A stretch of 64,000 bases of DNA. It comes from an uncultured Bacilli bacterium (GTDB lineage: Bacteria; Bacillota_I; Bacilli_A; RF39; UBA660). The number at the start of each line of letters is the position of its first letter. Position 1 is the first letter of the stretch. The notes beneath the pieces are model-generated. The model had not been told where the DNA came from. It made no database searches and worked only from the letters and a program-made list of their open reading frames with translations. The DNA is taken from assembly GCA_934168275.1 (NCBI GenBank), contig CAKPNA010000001.1, positions 249,034 through 313,033 on the forward strand. Reading direction: 5' to 3'. Below, piece by piece: positions 58,438-64,000 of this stretch. Position numbers and translations under genes: made by a program.

Positions 58438-60603
58438 CTACATCCTAACTGGATTTACATCTATATCTATATTAACTTTATTATTACTTTTATATATATC
58501 ATCTATTTCTTTTAAAGTAGGAAATACTTTATTATCAAAACGATACTTTATAATACATTGATAATAATAAATATTATTTATCTTAAATATATTAGCCATA
58601 GAAGGTCCTAAAATAATAGTCTCACTATCTAATTTATTTCTTAAATAATTACCTATCTTATTAGCCTCTTTAAAACCATCTTCATAACTAGAAGAATTAA
58701 TATTAACTACTACTAAATAATAATATGGACTATATTTTAACTTCTTACGAATAGCCATTTCATCATTATAGAAAGCCAAATAATCATGATTTTTAGCGTG
58801 TACTATACTATAATGTTCTTCATTAAAAGTTTGAATAATAACTTCTCCCGGATAATCACCACGACCCGCTCTACCAGATACTTGGGATAATAACTGATAA
58901 GTATATTCACTACTTCTAAAGTCCGGAATATTAAGTGATGTATCAGCATTAATAACTCCTACTAAAGTAACATAAGGAAAATCTAGTCCCTTAGCAATCA
59001 TCTGTGTACCTAGTAATATATCATACTTTCTCTCTCCAAAATCTCTGATAATTGCTTCATGTTCACCTTTCTTACTAGTAGTATCCATATCCATTCTAAT
59101 AACTCTCGCATCAAACATTTTATTTAATTCTTCTTCTAATTTCTGTGTACCTAGCCCATAATCTTTCAAAGTATTACCACAATTAGGACACTTTCTTTCA
59201 AACTCTTTAGCATAAGAACAATAATGACATCTTAACTTATTAGAAGTCTTATGATAAGTTAAACTAATATCACAATTAGGACACTTCTCAACATAACCAC
59301 AAGATGGACACGTAATCATTGAAGAATAACCCCTTCTATTTAAAAGTAAAATTATTTGTTCATGTTTATTTAAACGATCTTTTATCTTACTAATTAATAG
59401 TCTACTTAATACTGTATAATTCTTCTTAGCTTCCTCTTTCATATCTACAACATGAACTACCGGTAAATGAGAAGTTTTAGGTCTATTTAATAAAGTTATT
59501 AATTCATACTTCTTATTTAAAGCACGAGCCATAGATTCTAATGATGGTGTAGCACTACCAAGTAATACCGGACAATTATGATATTCCCCTCTTAAAAAGG
59601 CCACATCTTTAGCATTATATCTTGGATGATTATCTTGTTTATAAGTAGGAGTATGTTCTTCATCAATAACAATAACGCCAAGATTAGTTAATGGTGCAAA
59701 GATAGCACTTCTCGCCCCTATTACTATCTTAACTTTTCCCTCTCTAATTTTACGATATTCATCATATCTTTCACTATCTGATAATCTACTATGAAGTATT
59801 GCAATATTACTTTGAAATCTATTAACAAATCTACTTAATATTTGAGGGGTTAAACTAATTTCCGGTACTAACATAATAGCACTTTTTCCCATATCAAGAC
59901 ATTTAGCTATTATATCCATATATACTTCTGTCTTGCCACTCCCAGTAATACCATATAATAAATATATCTTATACTGATTCATTATCACTTTATTACTAGC
60001 TATTCTTTGTTCATCAGTTAAATTAATTACTTTATTAGGTACTACTGACTGATATTTATAACGATAATCTTCTTCATAAATAAACTTAATAATATTATTT
60101 TTAACTAACGTATTAATACTACTAGATAACTTATTTACTAATACTTTCTTATTCTTAATTATATCTTCAATAATTTCTTTTTGTTTATCATTACATTTAG
60201 TTAAATAAGTATTAATATCCACATCTTCATTTATTACAGCAAATCTCTTATTCTTTATATTAATATTAGTATTTATACTAGCCTTCAAAGCTTTAGGAAG
60301 CATAACTTGATATGCTGAAATTAAACTACATAAAGTAGATTCTTGAATTTTTTTCCCCAAATATAACATTTCTTCATTTAATATAACATCTTCATCAACA
60401 AGTTCTTCTATCTCTTTAAGTTCATATTTATCATCATAATTATTAGTAAGTTCTATAACAAAACCCTCTAAATACATCTTACCAAAGCTAACCTTTACTC
60501 TCATTCCTACTTTAATTTTATCTATATACTTAGAAGGCACTATATAAGTAAATAATCTATCTACTTTTTTAACACCTATTTCTACAATTACTTTAGCATA
60601 CAT
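58438..60603 (-). CDS. priA: Primosomal protein N' (replication restart helicase PriA)
   Basis: 721 aa with Walker A (GITGSGKTEVY), DEEH, and the Cys4-Cys4 zinc-binding insert (CPSCGYVEKCPNCDISLTYHKTSNKLRCHYCSY). Confidence 0.9.
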   Translation of the reverse strand: MYAKVIVEIGVKKVDRLFTYIVPSKYIDKIKVGMRVKVSFGKMYLEGFVIELTNNYDDKYELKEIEELVDEDVILNEEMLYLGKKIQESTLCSLISAYQVMLPKALKASINTNINIKNKRFAVINEDVDINTYLTKCNDKQKEIIEDIIKNKKVLVNKLSSSINTLVKNNIIKFIYEEDYRYKYQSVVPNKVINLTDEQRIASNKVIMNQYKIYLLYGITGSGKTEVYMDIIAKCLDMGKSAIMLVPEISLTPQILSRFVNRFQSNIAILHSRLSDSERYDEYRKIREGKVKIVIGARSAIFAPLTNLGVIVIDEEHTPTYKQDNHPRYNAKDVAFLRGEYHNCPVLLGSATPSLESMARALNKKYELITLLNRPKTSHLPVVHVVDMKEEAKKNYTVLSRLLISKIKDRLNKHEQIILLLNRRGYSSMITCPSCGYVEKCPNCDISLTYHKTSNKLRCHYCSYAKEFERKCPNCGNTLKDYGLGTQKLEEELNKMFDARVIRMDMDTTSKKGEHEAIIRDFGERKYDILLGTQMIAKGLDFPYVTLVGVINADTSLNIPDFRSSEYTYQLLSQVSGRAGRGDYPGEVIIQTFNEEHYSIVHAKNHDYLAFYNDEMAIRKKLKYSPYYYLVVVNINSSSYEDGFKEANKIGNYLRNKLDSETIILGPSMANIFKINNIYYYQCIIKYRFDNKVFPTLKEIDDIYKSNNKVNIDIDVNPVRM

Positions 60604-60697
60604 AGTAAACCCTCCATATCAAATAAATTATATCAAAGATAAAACTATTTTACAATTATATTAACAAATATGCTAACATAAAAAAAAGAGAATATTT

Positions 60698-61276
60698 CTA
60701 TTCCCCATAAACAAATTTTACTTCATATTTCTTTCCTGAAATCTTGCCTACTTGCTCTATATAATTTTGAATTAATTTTTCAGCGCCATCTTCTGCTCTA
60801 TTAAATAAGCTTTGATTGTTTTTTACTTTTTCTAACATTTCTTCATCGGCTTTTTTTATTGCTTCATTTATTTCTGAATCTTCTATTTTATTTTCATTAA
60901 AGCCATCTTCATTCTTATATATTGAATCATCATTATAATTTTCACAATGATGAGATAATATTTCTGCTCTAGGCATATTAATAGTAACAACATTATCTTT
61001 TTCATCTATTGTAATACTAGACATCTTTATCCCTATTTTTACTACACCCGTATATTCTATCCAATACTTTCGATCTACTTCAAATAAATGAGTTAATCCT
61101 TGTCCTTTCTTTTTTTCAACTTTTGCCACATTATGATAATAAGCTTTAACAGTAGCTAAATCAGAAATATTTCTTACTTGGCTTAGACTTGGTTTAACAT
61201 CAGGATTTTTATTTCCACATCCTGTAATAACTAGTAATAATAAAACTATTAATATAACTATATTCTTTCTTTTCAT
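60698..61276 (-). CDS. Lipoprotein, DUF4230-like
   Basis: 192 aa with a lipobox (LLLLVITGCGN). The overall pattern resembles DUF4230. Confidence 0.45.
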   Translation of the reverse strand: MKRKNIVILIVLLLLVITGCGNKNPDVKPSLSQVRNISDLATVKAYYHNVAKVEKKKGQGLTHLFEVDRKYWIEYTGVVKIGIKMSSITIDEKDNVVTINMPRAEILSHHCENYNDDSIYKNEDGFNENKIEDSEINEAIKKADEEMLEKVKNNQSLFNRAEDGAEKLIQNYIEQVGKISGKKYEVKFVYGE

Positions 61277-61285
61277 CCTACACCT

Positions 61286-61918
61286 CTATCTAATCTCTAA
61301 CTTATATTCGTTATCTTTAGCACTAATTAATGGTTCAATTATTGCTTTAATAATAGAGACAACATTTTCTTGAGTTTTATCATAAAAATCTGTATCTTCA
61401 TTAATAGAATTCTCCAAATGTTTTACAGATAGATTAAATGCTTCTTGATGAACAGTTTCAGTTTTATATTTATCATCTAAATACATAATATCAATATTAC
61501 TAGCACTTACTATTTTATCGAATATTTGAATCTTAGGTAGTGTAATTATAATTGTTTTAGTATCAGGATTTTCTTCATATTTTATATCTTTAAAATCAAT
61601 ACCCGCTTTTACCGTACCTTCATAACTTACATAATAAGCAACTTTATTATCTTTAGTTGTTTTAGTAGCTATTCCGTTATAAGTATATTCTGCTGCACTT
61701 AACTCACTTACATCTAAAACCTTTAATAATTCAGATTTAGATGATATAGTTGTTTGCCCTCTTTTATTAAAGATAGCAAAATATAAACCTACCAAAATTA
61801 ATATTCCTATAATTAAACCACCAATAAAAGTAAGTTTGCTATCTACTCTTTTAAATTCTACTACTGAAGTCTTTGCCATTTCTTTTTCTTTAACGATTTC
61901 TTCTTTTTCATTTTTCAT
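61286..61918 (-). CDS. Membrane-anchored DUF4230-like protein
   Basis: 210 aa with an N-terminal TM (FIGGLIIGILILVGLYFAIF). It is adjacent to, and similar in architecture to, 60698..61276. Confidence 0.4.
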   Translation of the reverse strand: MKNEKEEIVKEKEMAKTSVVEFKRVDSKLTFIGGLIIGILILVGLYFAIFNKRGQTTISSKSELLKVLDVSELSAAEYTYNGIATKTTKDNKVAYYVSYEGTVKAGIDFKDIKYEENPDTKTIIITLPKIQIFDKIVSASNIDIMYLDDKYKTETVHQEAFNLSVKHLENSINEDTDFYDKTQENVVSIIKAIIEPLISAKDNEYKLEIR

Positions 61919-61994
61919 ACTTCTACACCCTTTTACAATGTTATTTAATTTCTTTTTTCATAGCAGCAAATGTTTTCCACGCGAAATAGTTTTA

Positions 61995-63584
61995 TTAATT
62001 TGTTCTGCTTGTATAAACTGTTGGTTCATATACTGTTCCAGCAAACCATACTTCACCACTATCTTTATCTCTAATTATAAACATATATGGTTTATCAAAT
62101 GTTAAATCTATCTTCTCAACAGGAACTTCATATAAATAATCAAAGCCACAACCACTAGCACCTTTACCACCATTCTGAATAGCAGCACCTGCTTTAATTC
62201 CATCATTAGAAAACTCTATATTAGCACTATGTTCAGCTGACACAATAGTAGCGTTTCCATTAAGCATCTTAGATAAATTAACTTTACTAGAATCAAAGAT
62301 ATCTGTTATACCAAGAGTTTTAAAATCATTTACTAAGTCTATTTTATAATTAAACTTAAAGAATGGTATACTACCACTAATCTCTGTAATAACATTATCA
62401 TTAAAACTATCTAATTCTATATCTTTTAAACTACTAATAATATTCTTTATATCACTTGCTTTAATATTACTAATATAACTATCTAAACTAATATTTTTAG
62501 GCATAATACCAACATATTGTAAAGTAGTCCCATCATACTCTTTTAAATCTTTAGCAAATACTCTAACATTATCGTCATTATAAAACTTAAAATCAGTCGA
62601 ACTACTTATATGATTATAATTAGATTTAATATCTTCAATATATTTATTAACATAAGTATCAACATCTCCTTGATCAACACTACAAGTAGCTGCTTCATCA
62701 CTCTTTAACCATTCACTATATTTTTCTTTAATATTATTTCTAATAGCATCTTCTCCTAAAGTAGAAACAATATCATATTTATTAGCAATAGCACCAATTC
62801 TTACTGACTTAGCCTTCATATTATCATTATTAAAATTTAATGAACTATATCCACTCTCTACTAAAGAAGATAAATACATACCATAATGTTCATGCTTAAA
62901 GCTTACTCTATAATCTTTATCTACTGCTCTTATTTGATTAGTCCATTCCATATCAATAGCTAAAGCATTAGCCAAAACAAAATCTAATTCACTTGGATTA
63001 TCTACTAAATTATCTATTAAACCTAGTGTCTTATCTTTAACCCATTTATTCATTACTTCATTACTAGTAAAAGAATCATATATAACATCAGCACTATATT
63101 TACTAACTAATGTATCTATATATTCTTGTTTAACAGTATCTTTAAACGAATCTCTAACAAAGAAAGCATTAGCAAGTGATAAATTATTACTATTAGTATA
63201 TCTCTTTGCTTTATAGTCTCCAATAACTGCCTTAATTTGTCCGTTAGACTCTCCATCCGTACCGTCATTTAACATAGCAAGAGCATACTTAATAGCAAGT
63301 GGACTATATATTTTATTTACTCCATCATTCTCTAACTTTAAGAAAGCTAAATCAAACTCTCCTAAATTATTATCTTCCATTCTATATTCAGAAGAATAAT
63401 TTTTATTATCATTAGCATCTATTTCTACATTATTATTTTTATCTCTAGTCATATAAAAATATACTCCCGCACCTATTACCCCTATTACTAGTAAAATAAC
63501 TATTATTGTTAAAATAATTTCTCTCTTTTTATTTCTATTTAAATCATTAAATAAATTATCTATATTACTATCCATATTATTCAC
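61995..63584 (-). CDS. Serpin-family serine protease inhibitor, N-terminally membrane-anchored
   Basis: 529 aa. The C-terminal serpin signature is KPYMFIIRDKDSGEVWFAGTVYEP. An N-terminal TM (EIILTIIVILLVIGVIGAGVYFYM) is present. Confidence 0.75.
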   Translation of the reverse strand: MNNMDSNIDNLFNDLNRNKKREIILTIIVILLVIGVIGAGVYFYMTRDKNNNVEIDANDNKNYSSEYRMEDNNLGEFDLAFLKLENDGVNKIYSPLAIKYALAMLNDGTDGESNGQIKAVIGDYKAKRYTNSNNLSLANAFFVRDSFKDTVKQEYIDTLVSKYSADVIYDSFTSNEVMNKWVKDKTLGLIDNLVDNPSELDFVLANALAIDMEWTNQIRAVDKDYRVSFKHEHYGMYLSSLVESGYSSLNFNNDNMKAKSVRIGAIANKYDIVSTLGEDAIRNNIKEKYSEWLKSDEAATCSVDQGDVDTYVNKYIEDIKSNYNHISSSTDFKFYNDDNVRVFAKDLKEYDGTTLQYVGIMPKNISLDSYISNIKASDIKNIISSLKDIELDSFNDNVITEISGSIPFFKFNYKIDLVNDFKTLGITDIFDSSKVNLSKMLNGNATIVSAEHSANIEFSNDGIKAGAAIQNGGKGASGCGFDYLYEVPVEKIDLTFDKPYMFIIRDKDSGEVWFAGTVYEPTVYTSRTN

Positions 63585-63589
63585 TCCCT

Positions 63590-64000
63590 TTACTTAATTA
63601 CTTCATATATAAGTTTAATATTATTATCATAACTATTAGTAATTTCAAATATTGTATTATCTACATATTCTAACTCTTTATTAGTATATACCGTCATTAA
63701 TACATCATCTATATTAATATATTCACCTACTTCTTTCTTAAGAATAACTCCTACTGAATAATCTATCTTATCTTCTTTATTCTTTCTTCCTGCCCCTAAA
63801 TGCATAACATATACTCCTAATTTATAAGCATCTATTAATGATAAATAACCATTAGTTTTAGACTTAATATTATATACATACTTAGCTTTAGGAAGTAAAT
63901 TAATATTACCATGTTGATACTCAATCATTTCCTTAAACTTTAAATAAGCACTACCATTATTAATAGAATTAACTGCCTTATCATGAGCTATATTATAATC
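63590..64000 (-). CDS. pdp: Pyrimidine-nucleoside (thymidine) phosphorylase, C-terminal part; gene continues beyond window end
   Basis: The C-terminal alpha/beta domain has GVYVMHLGAGRKNKEDKIDYSVGVILKK, and the open frame continues upstream to position 64000. Confidence 0.7.
   Translation of the reverse strand, partial: DYNIAHDKAVNSINNGSAYLKFKEMIEYQHGNINLLPKAKYVYNIKSKTNGYLSLIDAYKLGVYVMHLGAGRKNKEDKIDYSVGVILKKEVGEYINIDDVLMTVYTNKELEYVDNTIFEITNSYDNNIKLIYEVIK

Noticed and set aside
1-64000. CRISPR array
   Set aside because: No regularly spaced 25-40 bp direct repeats with unique spacers were found. The repeats present are 2-3 copies of comEC-end sequences and short iteron-like motifs.

Overview
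The window is very AT-rich (about 25-27% GC) low-GC Firmicutes chromosome, Clostridia/Erysipelotrichia-like. It uses the standard genetic code, and almost every gene is on the minus strand. Core genes recognised by motif: rnr, ybeY, xseA/xseB/nusB, a sigma-70-family factor, a LysR regulator, deoD, ftsK/spoIIIE, holA, recG, comEA/comEC, rlmD, priA, pdp, an M16 peptidase pair, DUF1003, a VanZ-like protein, NUDIX, a DAACS symporter, a serpin and an AMP-binding ligase.

Two accessory regions stand out.
(1) An ~8.7 kb island at about 34.8-43.6 kb sits between a Sel1-repeat gene and recG. It is bounded by a direct duplication of the recG terminator segment (GCTCTCTTCAGGGGG plus hairpin) and carries subterminal tandem TGTACCTAAA repeats. 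It encodes a two-methyltransferase plus 591-aa putative nuclease RM operon, a NUDIX hydrolase co-operonic with an SRA-like/PD-(D/E)xK (DUF3883) protein that looks like a modification-dependent nuclease, a small OB-like protein, a membrane protein, and a frameshifted IS30-family IS. Iteron-like palindromes lie beside the IS. No integrase is present.
(2) Immediately downstream of comEC at about 46.4-49.1 kb, the last ~20-40 codons of comEC (with stop and RBS) occur three times in direct orientation. Each copy is followed by a different cargo gene: a YhcG/DUF1016 nuclease, a decayed dinD-like gene, and a 169-aa unknown. This is the footprint of serial site-specific insertion into the comEC 3' end.

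Other oddities:
- An HExxH metalloprotease-like gene split by a single in-frame TGA.
- A sigma-factor operon with two unknown partners.
- A cluster of LysR, an unknown 563-aa protein, a 7TM sensor with a degenerate kinase core and a receiver domain, and an AMP-ligase, with CCACCC-CGGACTT promoter repeats.
- Two SipW-cognate-signal proteins flanking ybeY.
- Three tandem membrane-anchored unknown proteins divergent from a large XRE regulator.
- A membrane-anchored serpin.

No rRNA, tRNA or CRISPR array was found.
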